From Schizochytrium sp. TIO01 (lineage: Eukaryota > Protista > Bigyra: Labyrinthulomycetes): a stretch of 64,000 nt of DNA. The first letter of the stretch is position 1. Each line of letters opens with the position of its first letter. The notes under the pieces were generated by a model. That model saw only the letters and a list, made by a program, of their open reading frames with translations, ran no database searches and had not been told where the DNA came from. The stretch is taken from assembly GCA_004764695.1 (NCBI GenBank), contig SMSO01000025.1, positions 3,943,094 to 4,007,093 of the forward strand. Direction: 5' to 3'. Positions 22,661 to 32,674 of this stretch are shown in pieces. The position numbers and the translations under genes are program-made.

Positions 22661-25600
22661 TTACCAATCAAGCTTCGTGTCGCCGCAGCATCCGCCAGAG
22701 CTGTTCGATGAAGTCTCCATTTCAATGAGACTCTCTTCAGGGGAAGAATATGCTGCAGCTGCCTTGCTCGACTCCGCCATTGCAGGAGTGATACGGTACT
22801 TATCTGAACCCAAGACGGCATCGAGCTCCTCCTCCGAAGGCAAAAGAAGAGATACGCGGCCTGTGACGGTGTCAAGACGAGTTCGGAAAGTCCACAATTC
22901 GTAACGCTCATCGTCCAGGCATTTGCCAGTAGTAAGAATGTAGCGCTTCTTGTGAATTGGGCAGGCTACCTTGGGTAAGCCACCAGCATCTCCGACGAGA
23001 CCGCTCGAGAGGACAAAGGAGTTGCGGTGGGGGCACATGTTTTGTGTCGCGAAAAGACGGAACTGAGGGCCAGTCTTACCTGCCGTGCTGAGCTTGAAGA
23101 GTGCAAGCTCAGAGTTACCATAGCGCAAGGTCACGCCAGAATCCAAAAGCACATCATCGACATGCACCAAATCGACCCACTTCTCTCCGCCGGGAAAGCG
23201 ACCACGAGGAGCGCCCTCCTTAGCCTCACTATCGTCTGAGTCAGACTCAAGCTCAATAACTGGGTTGCTGATAGGCTTGGGTACATGGGGCAGAGCATCC
23301 CAGTCCTTAGGCCAGTCTGCCGGACGTTGCTGACCACGCTCTGTAATGAATTCAATGCCACGCTGGGACTTGGCCGGCTGGTTGGCGTACTGCGCAAACT
23401 CTTTGCGGCGCTCAGGATTGCGAACGACCTCAGCCCACTCACATTTGTAAGTATTGATGAGTCTGGACATTTGGAACTCAAGCTCCTCGCAGATTCCGAG
23501 CTTGTCATCAATAATGACGCTCTTGAGATAGTCAACTCCACCTTCGAGGGCTTCTAGCCAGCGTGCAGTCCGTTGCAACTTGTCGGCAGTGCGAATGTAA
23601 AACATGAGGAAGCGATCGAGGTACTTGATGACAGTCTCTTCGTCAATGCCACTGGCCATGAGGGTTGCGTGGCGAGGCTTGCTGCCACCATTTCCTCCCA
23701 CATACAGGTTATAGCCCTGCTCCGTGGCAATGAGTCCAAAATCCTTACTCTGCGCCTCTGCACATTCACGGATGCATCCGGAGACGGCACCCTTGAGCTT
23801 GTGTGGAGAGCGAATTCCACGGTAGCGCTCCTCGACCTCGATGGCAAATCCCACACTGTCGCGCATTCCAAATCGGCACCACGTAGATCCAACGCATGAT
23901 TTGACGGTTCGCAAGGCTTTGCCGTAGGCATGGCCACTCTCAAAGCCAGCATTGACAAGGTCCTCCCAAATATCCGGAAGCTGGTGACGCTCTGCTCCGA
24001 AGAGATCAATGCGTTGACCTCCGGTGATTTTCGTGTACAGACCATACTTTTTCGCAATTTCGCCGAGCACGATGAGCTTTTCCGGTGTGATTTCACCTCC
24101 GGGTACACGTGGTACGACAGAGTAAGATCCGCCGCGTTGGATGTTTCCAAGGAATCGATCGTTGGTGTCTTGCAAAGGAGCGTGGTCCTTGGATACCACG
24201 AGGTCGTTCCAAAGAGAGGCAAAAATACTGGCGATAGCGGGACGGCACAGCTCGCAGCCACGGTACACCGCAGCGGGGGCCGTGCTGTGACTCTCGTACA
24301 GCTCTGTAAAGGTCTTGATCTCGTTGATCTGGATAATGTGGAAGAGCTCCTGACGCGTGAAACGGAAGTGCTCGCAGAGGCTGTTGTCCACTTCTTTTCC
24401 GAGCTTGCCCATCTCATCGACAAGCAGGGTCTGAATCAATGGTTTGCAGCCACCACAGCTGATTCCTGCCTTGGTGCAAGCACCAATCGCGGAGACAGTT
24501 TCACATCCCTTGTCGCGCACAGAGGCGCAGATGCTGCCCTTGGAGACATCGTTACAAGAACAAACTTGGGCATCATCATCCATGTCCAAAATGCTTACAC
24601 CGCCACCAGCGCTGCCACCTGTGGCACTTGGCGGAGGCAATAAAGACGTGCCAGAGACCTTGAGAGGCTTGGAGCTCTTGGCAAGCATTGTAAGCGTACC
24701 GTAGTCGCTTGCCTCACCAACGAGAATTCCGCCAAGCAAATGCTTGCCGTCCTTCGTAAAGGTAAGCTTACGGTAAATTCCTGCGAGGGGGTCCTCAAAT
24801 GCTAGGGAGAGCGCATCTTCACGGTTCTCCGAGTTCTCGTCAAGCGAATAGTCGCCAAAACTTGCGACATCCACGCCCATGAGCTTAAGCTTTGTGCTCA
24901 TGTCACCAGCCGTGAAAGTCTTGGGCTCAGCTTTGCCTTCCGGGTTGACAAGGTTATAAGCCACAACTGCAGCCATATCATAGCATGGTCCAACGAGACC
25001 GTAGCAGAGACCACGATGGCAGGCGCACTCACCAACGGCAAAAATATTTGGGTCCGAGGTGGCCATATGGTCGTCAACCTCAATACCCCCGCCAAAGCTC
25101 TCTGAGGTTCTCACTGTGCCTGCCGTGGTCGCAAGCTCGTCGCGAGGGCGGATGCCTGCTGCAATGATGACCATGTCGACGTCGATAGTGAAGTTGTCTT
25201 CAGGGTTCGGTGCTCCAACGTGAAGGCGGGAAACTCGACCGTTTTCAGAGTCGATACGCGAGGTGCGAGCTTTGGTATGTACTTTGTACCCCATGGCCTC
25301 GATTGTGCGAATGAGTTGGCGTCCCGCTTTGCCATCGAGCTGCCGGCGCATGAGATGCGGAGAGCTGTCGAGCACTCGGACGTCCTTGACTCCGAGGTGC
25401 TCGCTGCACACACGCATGGCCTCAAGACCGAGGAGACCGCCTCCAATGACGACAGCAGACTTGATCTCGTTGGCCTCAGCGAACTTGATCATGTCGTCGA
25501 GATCGTCGATTGTGCGATATACAAAGAGGCCCTCAGGATGCTGCTCAGGAGGACAGTTGCACTGTTGAGCGCCGTCTTGGCTGCCATAGAACTGCGTGAG

Positions 25601-25999
25601 CAGGTGCGTTTTGCAGGTTCCCTGGATTGGCGGCACGAAAGGGACACTGCCAGTGGCGAGGATGAGCTTGTCATACTGAATCTGGTCACCCTTGAGAGTG
25701 GACAGGGTGCGGTTGGCGCTGTCGATGCTCTGGACGCGATCTTTGCTTCGCAGCGTAACCTGAGCCTTGTTGCTGTCGTACCAGTCTTGCTGCTGCAAGT
25801 GGAGGACACTTGGGTCTTTGTGTTCAAAGTATGAGGTGAGCTTGACGCGGTCATATGCAGGGTGCGATTCTTCGCCGAAGACGAGGATCTCTGGTTTCTC
25901 CTCCTCTGGCAAAGATGCACTGTTTTCCACTAGTTTTTCCACGAGGCGCTGACCAGCCATGCCGTGGCCCACCACAACGATCTTCTCGCGGGAGGGCAT
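22661..25999 (-). CDS. nirB: Assimilatory NAD(P)H nitrite reductase (NirB-like with fused C-terminal NirD/Rieske domain; fungal NiiA-type architecture)
   Basis: FAD site VVVGHGMAG, NAD site VIGGGLLGLE, BFD-like CSCNDV..CGGC and CEHF..CELC, siroheme/4Fe-4S KSCVGSTWC..SGCIREC, and Rieske-like CPHR..CPIH. Confidence 0.95.
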   Translation of the reverse strand: MPSREKIVVVGHGMAGQRLVEKLVENSASLPEEEKPEILVFGEESHPAYDRVKLTSYFEHKDPSVLHLQQQDWYDSNKAQVTLRSKDRVQSIDSANRTLSTLKGDQIQYDKLILATGSVPFVPPIQGTCKTHLLTQFYGSQDGAQQCNCPPEQHPEGLFVYRTIDDLDDMIKFAEANEIKSAVVIGGGLLGLEAMRVCSEHLGVKDVRVLDSSPHLMRRQLDGKAGRQLIRTIEAMGYKVHTKARTSRIDSENGRVSRLHVGAPNPEDNFTIDVDMVIIAAGIRPRDELATTAGTVRTSESFGGGIEVDDHMATSDPNIFAVGECACHRGLCYGLVGPCYDMAAVVAYNLVNPEGKAEPKTFTAGDMSTKLKLMGVDVASFGDYSLDENSENREDALSLAFEDPLAGIYRKLTFTKDGKHLLGGILVGEASDYGTLTMLAKSSKPLKVSGTSLLPPPSATGGSAGGGVSILDMDDDAQVCSCNDVSKGSICASVRDKGCETVSAIGACTKAGISCGGCKPLIQTLLVDEMGKLGKEVDNSLCEHFRFTRQELFHIIQINEIKTFTELYESHSTAPAAVYRGCELCRPAIASIFASLWNDLVVSKDHAPLQDTNDRFLGNIQRGGSYSVVPRVPGGEITPEKLIVLGEIAKKYGLYTKITGGQRIDLFGAERHQLPDIWEDLVNAGFESGHAYGKALRTVKSCVGSTWCRFGMRDSVGFAIEVEERYRGIRSPHKLKGAVSGCIRECAEAQSKDFGLIATEQGYNLYVGGNGGSKPRHATLMASGIDEETVIKYLDRFLMFYIRTADKLQRTARWLEALEGGVDYLKSVIIDDKLGICEELEFQMSRLINTYKCEWAEVVRNPERRKEFAQYANQPAKSQRGIEFITERGQQRPADWPKDWDALPHVPKPISNPVIELESDSDDSEAKEGAPRGRFPGGEKWVDLVHVDDVLLDSGVTLRYGNSELALFKLSTAGKTGPQFRLFATQNMCPHRNSFVLSSGLVGDAGGLPKVACPIHKKRYILTTGKCLDDERYELWTFRTRLDTVTGRVSLLLPSEEELDAVLGSDKYRITPAMAESSKAAAAYSSPEESLIEMETSSNSSGGCCGDTKLDW

Positions 26000-28900
26000 C
26001 TTTTTGTAGCTTAACTTAATGACTTGACTTGACTTGGCTTGGTCTTGGTCTTGGTCTTGGTCTCAAGCGATGCAACACGCGAGACGCAATGGATAAAGAC
26101 AGGGGGGGAAGTGCTGAGAAAGGATAATTCTTACCAACTTGGGTTGGGGATCTGTAGAGATCTGTAATTTGTTTAGTTGAGTTGGTCTCCACGCTGGGTA
26201 GCTGGACCAAGTAGTTTTGGCTTTGGCTTCTCCTGACCTTGCGCTTTCGGGCCGACAGCAAGAACCTCTCTTTATCTATATGATGTTGCCTATGAAAAGA
26301 TGAACAGGTTTTTATCTTATCTTTTCTTTTTTACAGTACTAGTACCTCCTACTGCCATACGATTTTAAAATGTTTAATTTAATTTTTAAAAATAAAATAA
26401 AAAATTAAACATGTTTTTTATTCTATCGTTTCTCATTCAATTCAACAACTGCAACTTTTTACTCATCTGTGTAGTTACTTAGTGTTTTGTTTCTTTATTG
26501 ACTGGGCATGGTCATCGCACAGCCAGCGAACGCCTTCTAAGTCCGCGAGACTGCATTTTCCAGTCCAGTAAGTTCCCCCTGTTTAGACCCAGCTCAGAGG
26601 GTTCTTATGCGTCGCCCCACTTTATTTATTTCTCCCCCCCGCTCTCTCCGCATAAAGCACGACCGCGAATCCACGCAAAGCTTTCTGTCGCCGACATGAA
26701 CTTTTTAAGTGGTACTGTACTCCTTTCAGCCAGCTCGATGGTCCCCTTTCCCTTGGCCCTGCAGCGCCTTTTTAGTTTACGCAGCACCTTTCGAGCCAAT
26801 CCTTGAAGGACAAAGCGTTTTCTCTTTTCTTTGGTCGCTACAGCGACATCTGTCAACATCAACTGACTTCTCTTTCTTCCCATTTTAGGGTAAATCCACA
26901 AAGGTTGCTCATGCTAGTCTTATTTGTGGAGCCTCGGCAATGTGTAATGTGGTTTCTTCCTTTCTGCTTTCTGCCGCTGTTTCACCTCAGTAATGGCGGT
27001 GGTATGATGGTGCGTACTCGACACTAAGATATTGTCGACGAGGATTTAATGTATATAATATAATATTATTATAAAAATAAATAAAAACAATATGTTTAAA
27101 AGAGTTTTTTGTTTGTTTTTGTTAAATATGTAACATATTCAAATACTGTGCCGTGCATTGTCCTACCAGGAATTGAAAGTACCTTAAGTCCTTACGATTC
27201 TTAAAAAACGGTGTTTTAATGCTGCAAGGAGGAAAGCAAGGTTCTCTCGAAAGAGCCACTCCACTACACTCTTGAACCTTCAGAGAGGCTCCGGACTGTC
27301 GCTTTGCAAAAGTGCAAAGATCCGACGGCTCAGAATGATTTCTTCTTCATTGCGTTAAGAATGAGCCAAATCACTTCGTTCATTATTTTTTGCAACATTC
27401 TTTATTTTATTTTTATTTTTATTTTATTAGTGCTCGTATGTTAGGCCGTTCGGCAGAGCGTAGACAATAGCTATTGGTTGCTTCGAGCTCCGAGCAAAAA
27501 GTCACGGGGTATTTTCGCGGAAAGCTGTAGCTTGAAACCTGCCCACAGTGATATTTAAGGGTTATATGCCAGAAATCGACTGCGGGAAGAACTGCATCAA
27601 ACTTTTCCCAGAATTTTTGCAGTGGAGCGTAGAGGGAGAAATGCCCACAGTGCCTGCCATGCACTTCGATCGACGAGTTGGGCGTGCACCTTGAGCGTCA
27701 GCCTGGTATCCATCCACCTTTTCATTTAAGCTCGCACTGTCGACGATACAGCAGGCACGTGGAACCCGGGCGACCCCCGGAGAAGGAAGTTGGTGCGCCA
27801 ATTCGTAAAATCGTTTCTTTGATTTCGTTCGCCTCGAATCGACTGCTTTCTAAATCAGGCGTTTGAGCCAAATTTAACTGACTCATGCATTCACCGCCCG
27901 GCGTGCTGAGACGGCGGCAGAGCACGAGCTCAAGAAATAAAGATCAGGCTGCACTCCACGCGACGATACATCAAGCACGCGAAAAGAGTAAGCCAAGAAA
28001 TACCTGTGCAGAGTTCTTTAGCGTCTTGGCTTTTTCTTTTCTTTTGTTTTCTTTGCAAAACACGGGTCATCACAAAAATCATTCTTCTTCTCCTCCTTCT
28101 CCTTCTTCCGAATCGGCATAAAGACAGTGTATTTGTTTCTTTGTCGCTCGTTCTGACTGTATCGAGAAGATCGATTTTGAAAAAAGCCACGAAATGCGAA
28201 GGTTGTTGAAGAAGACGTCTCCCGCTCCCAAGAAACGGCCTCTTCGGCGTCGAGGATTTCGCGGCGCGCCTCGCGACAGCTGTAGAAGGTCGACAAGACC
28301 AGAGATAGCAGGGGAAGAGGCTACTCGAGCAGCGGTTCGTCCGCAATCCGCGGCGGCGAGGTTTCTCTGGTGCTGGCGGATCTTCGGTCCTCGAGCAGCA
28401 TCGTCTCAAGAAACAACAAGAACATTTATTGTCAGTAATAAAGCGGAGACACTGTAGCTTTTGGCTTTCTGCAGCTATTTTGTTCTGTTTATGTGCTTCT
28501 CCCTCTCCTTCTTCTGTGTGTCAGAGCGGCGGATCTTCGCGGGGTCTTCAAGTCTGCTCGAGTTCTCGAGGGTTTGAGACGCTGCGGAATGCCCAAGGCC
28601 GCAGTAACTCGGAGTGCTGGCACGCGGGAGCCCCTCGGGCGGAGGAGCTACGGGTGCGAAACTCTGCCCGCGAGCCGAGGCCCGTCTGCGGCAGCCGTGG
28701 CACTGACATAGGCGCATGTATCGAATGGAGGGCGAGGGGCTAAAGCGAAATGAGCGGGCTTTTCGAAAAGCAAGGATATACCTGTATTCTTTTATTTCTT
28801 TATTTAATTTTTATTTTTATTAAATTAATTGAAATTCAATCCGGCAATTGTTTATTTGGTTTGGCTATGCAATGCCTACTTGCTGCTGCGATGCGAAGTC

Positions 28901-29143
28901 GTTGCATTTGGCACCGAGGGCGGCAGTCAGAGAGAGAGAGAGAGAGAGAGACGTCTTCCTACATGCTTTCTTTTCCATCGTTGGAATGGGCTTAGCGCGC
29001 ATGCGATCACTCGGCAGAACTCTGATTTCCTCTCACTAAATTAGGACTTATTATTTCCTTTACCAGTGCTACCAGAAGCAGACATTTTATATATATATAT
29101 ATATATATATTATTTTTATTTTTATTAATATAGATAGATGCAT

Positions 29144-29174
<31 letters not shown>

Positions 29175-30001
29175 TTGTTTTTAAAAAGATGAAATAAATA
29201 ATAATATGTATGTGCCTGATACTTTATTTTATTTTATTTTCTCTTCTCTTCTCTTCTCTTCTCTTCTCGTAAATGTATATGATAAACGAGTGAGGAGAGT
29301 GAAAGCAAGAAGAAGAATGAGCTTTCCGCAAACCGAGGTCCAACGACGAAGGGAAGGGACACAGACCAGGCCCCGGCCTCTCGTTTTCAGAAGGGGGTGT
29401 CTGCGCATGGAGCAGAGCCCCCCCTTACAAGATTCGTGACGCTCGACTGCAGTTCTTCTTCTTGGCGTCAAGTAAAGCATTCTCTTTTCTTTTTCGCTGT
29501 TTTCTTTTCTTTTTTTGAATTTTATAACGAAGCGATAGGCGAAAGAGAAAGGCAGTAGTCAAAACATTTTTAACTTTAAAAAAAGAAAAGAAAAAAAGTG
29601 ACAAGCTTATGCCTTAGTTACTGCAATTTGGTCCAATATTCTTTTTCACCCCTCAACCTGTGTCAAGAACATGCAAAAACGCAACGTGCTGAGGACTGCT
29701 CACAACGTAGTCATCCAACAAACTGGAAACAGGCCAAAGCCGACGAATGGCCCACGACAAAGCTGACTGCTGAAAGCTCACTTAATCAAAGTTCAAGTTC
29801 AACAAGAACTAGAGGACAAGAGTATAAGAAGGGAAAGTTCAAGGACAAGAGACGACTGTTGCTCTCTGATCCAAATTGCGAGATCTGCTGGTGCTTCTTT
29901 GTGAAAGTTTGACAAGTGCAAGTTGGTCTTAACGAAGCTTTATCTCATCTCCCAGCCCCTGCTGCCCGCAATCTCCGAGTTTTCACCTCAGTTCCATAAT
30001 C

Positions 30002-32674
30002 ATGGACGTGCAACAGCAACAGATGAGCGCTGCGAACAAAATCGTGTCTCGAAAACTCAAATATAGCGTGGATGAAGCCTTGTACGCTGAAGGAATGGGG
30101 CTAGATGAGCGAGATGCGAAGACGCCTGACGCCTGGATCCCTCGGCACACAGAAATGGTGCGACTTACAGGAATCCACCCTTTCAACAGCGAATCCCCAG
30201 CTCAGAAGCTTCTGGAAGCCGGATTCATTACTCCAACCTCAATTCACTACACTCGTAATCATGGTGCTGTTCCCCAAATCTCATGGGAGGAACATCGTCT
30301 TGAGATTGTTGCAGATGAGGACGAGGTGGCCAAGGGATTTACCCCCGTCGAACTCACAATGGAGGACCTCCTCGAGCTACCTTCCGTCTCAGTTACTGCG
30401 ACTCTGACATGCGCCGGAAATCGTCGCAAGGAAGAGAACCTCACGAACAAGACTGTTGGATTTAGCTGGAACTCCTCCGGAACATCCACCGCAATGTGGC
30501 GAGGTGTACGCATGCGCGACGTGCTGCTCAAGTACTGCAAGCTCGCATGGAGGTCTGATGAAGAAGAAGATGAAGATGAAAACTACCCCCTCGAAGAACG
30601 ATATGTTTGGATGGTAGGTGCTGATGACCTCCCCAAGGGCAACTATGGCACTTGCATTCCCTTAGGCCTTGCCATGAATATTGCAGGCGATGTGATTCTG
30701 GCTTTTGAAGTGAATGGCAAACCGCTCCCCCCTGACCGTGGCTTCCCACTCCGAGTTGTTGTGCCTGGTTGGATCGGTGGCCGCATGGTGAAGTGGCTCA
30801 AGCGCCTGGAAATCCGCAAGGGTGAATCCAACAATTACTACCACTATTTTGACAACCGCATCCTCCCACCAAATGTCACTAAGGAAATAGCAGACGCCGA
30901 CGGATGGTGGATGCGCACTGAGTACCTCTTCAACGAGCTTAACATTAACAGTGTGATCCTAGCACCTTTCCACGAAGACACGCTAATCTTGCCCTCTGAT
31001 AAGGAAGCTAAAGCACTAACGCTGAAGGGCTACGCTTATACGGGCTCTGGAAAGCGGATCACTCGAGTCGAAGTCAGTTTTGACTATGGTAACACTTGGC
31101 AGCTTTGCCAGCTTCATGTGACTGAGCGCCCGACTCGTTATGGAATGTACTGGTGCTGGGTGCAATGGTCCTATGAGGCCAGTGCAGCGGAGCTTGCAAC
31201 TCCCCATCGTATGATCCACTGTCGTGCATGGGACCAATCCAACAACACTCAGCCTAACCGCCTCACCTGGAATGTTATGGGCATGGGTAATAACTGTATC
31301 TTTGGTGTTCGCGTTGACCATTTCATTCGCGAAGAGGATGGTACAACCGAGCTGCGTTTTATTCACCCCACTCAAGAGGCCGGCATGTCAACAGTTGGCT
31401 GGATGCAAAATAGTCATCGCCCACCCCCGGCAGTGCCTCCTGTACGTATCGCAGACGCAGCAGGTTACGACGATACGGAAGGAAGTAGCACAACTCTCGA
31501 GGAGGATGATGATAAGGAAAATGCTGTTCTCGGTATCTCAGATGAAGAACTCCAAAAACTTCCCGAGTTCTCCATGGCCGAAGTTGCACAGCACGTTGGC
31601 GAAGATAGCGCCTGGATCGTTGTACGAAATCGCGTCTACGACTGTACTGCATTTCTTGAAGATCATCCTGGTGGTGCATCGAGTATTCTCATGGCGGCAG
31701 GAACTGATGCTACAGAAGATGTCGAGGCCATTCACTCGCCAAAGGCAATTGCGATGCTTCAGGACTATCTCATTGGGCGCCTAGCTGTTGCACCATCAGG
31801 AGATGTGGCTACGCCCGGAAAAGTTGACAAATTCTCAGTTCCGAGCGATCCTGATGCGCCTTGGTTGAACGCTCGTGCGTGGGTTGATTTTGACCTTCTT
31901 GAAAAGCACGATATCACCTCCAATATTATTTTGCTCCGTTTTGCGCCATCCGCTCGTACTGAATTGCACGATCGACGTTTGGGGCTTCCCGTGGGTATGC
32001 ACGTCATGATTAAGTCGTTCGCGTCCGATGGTTCGACTGTAATCCGACCATACACTCCTATCGTTCTCTCATCTTGGTCCGAAGAAAAGGATGAGTTTAC
32101 CTTGCTTATCAAAGTTTACCACGCAAACGAGCATCCCAAGTTTCCAGAGGGTGGGAAAATGTCCCAAATCCTCAATCGTCTAAAGGTTGGCGACTCTCTT
32201 CAGGTTAAGGGTCCATGTGGTCATATCGCCTACCCGGAAGCAGGAAAGCTGCAGATTAACAAGAAGACTTTGGAGGTTGATGAGATTGGATTCATGTGTG
32301 GCGGAACTGGTATTACTCCTGCATTTCGTGTAATCGAAGCATCCCTAGCCAACCCCAACGACCGAACGATTCTTCGACTCATTTATGCAAACAACTCCGT
32401 CGCAGATATTGCCCTTCGAGATGAGATTGATGCATTGGCAAGCTTGCATCCGGATAGGTTCTTTGTTCACTATACTATTTCCCAACCTCCTGATGATGAG
32501 CCTTGGAATGGAAGTATTGGTTATATTACCGAAGAGATGGCGCGGCAATATATGCCCAAAGCTGGCGAGCGAAGCTTTGTCGGCCTCTGTGGCCCACCGC
32601 CAATGCTCAAATTTGCATGTATTCCAAGCCTTGAAAAACTCGGATATAGTCCTTCCCAGTTTGATTGTTTCTAA
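30002..32674 (+). CDS. NIA: Eukaryotic assimilatory nitrate reductase (Moco, dimerisation, cytochrome b5 and FAD/NAD(P)H domains)
   Basis: RLTGIHPFNSE, HYTRNHGAVP, TLTCAGNRRKE, PGWIGGRMVKWL, WNVMGMGNN, b5 motif HPGG, RPYTP, GGKMSQ, GGTGITP and CGPPPM. Confidence 0.96.
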   Translation: MDVQQQQMSAANKIVSRKLKYSVDEALYAEGMGLDERDAKTPDAWIPRHTEMVRLTGIHPFNSESPAQKLLEAGFITPTSIHYTRNHGAVPQISWEEHRLEIVADEDEVAKGFTPVELTMEDLLELPSVSVTATLTCAGNRRKEENLTNKTVGFSWNSSGTSTAMWRGVRMRDVLLKYCKLAWRSDEEEDEDENYPLEERYVWMVGADDLPKGNYGTCIPLGLAMNIAGDVILAFEVNGKPLPPDRGFPLRVVVPGWIGGRMVKWLKRLEIRKGESNNYYHYFDNRILPPNVTKEIADADGWWMRTEYLFNELNINSVILAPFHEDTLILPSDKEAKALTLKGYAYTGSGKRITRVEVSFDYGNTWQLCQLHVTERPTRYGMYWCWVQWSYEASAAELATPHRMIHCRAWDQSNNTQPNRLTWNVMGMGNNCIFGVRVDHFIREEDGTTELRFIHPTQEAGMSTVGWMQNSHRPPPAVPPVRIADAAGYDDTEGSSTTLEEDDDKENAVLGISDEELQKLPEFSMAEVAQHVGEDSAWIVVRNRVYDCTAFLEDHPGGASSILMAAGTDATEDVEAIHSPKAIAMLQDYLIGRLAVAPSGDVATPGKVDKFSVPSDPDAPWLNARAWVDFDLLEKHDITSNIILLRFAPSARTELHDRRLGLPVGMHVMIKSFASDGSTVIRPYTPIVLSSWSEEKDEFTLLIKVYHANEHPKFPEGGKMSQILNRLKVGDSLQVKGPCGHIAYPEAGKLQINKKTLEVDEIGFMCGGTGITPAFRVIEASLANPNDRTILRLIYANNSVADIALRDEIDALASLHPDRFFVHYTISQPPDDEPWNGSIGYITEEMARQYMPKAGERSFVGLCGPPPMLKFACIPSLEKLGYSPSQFDCF

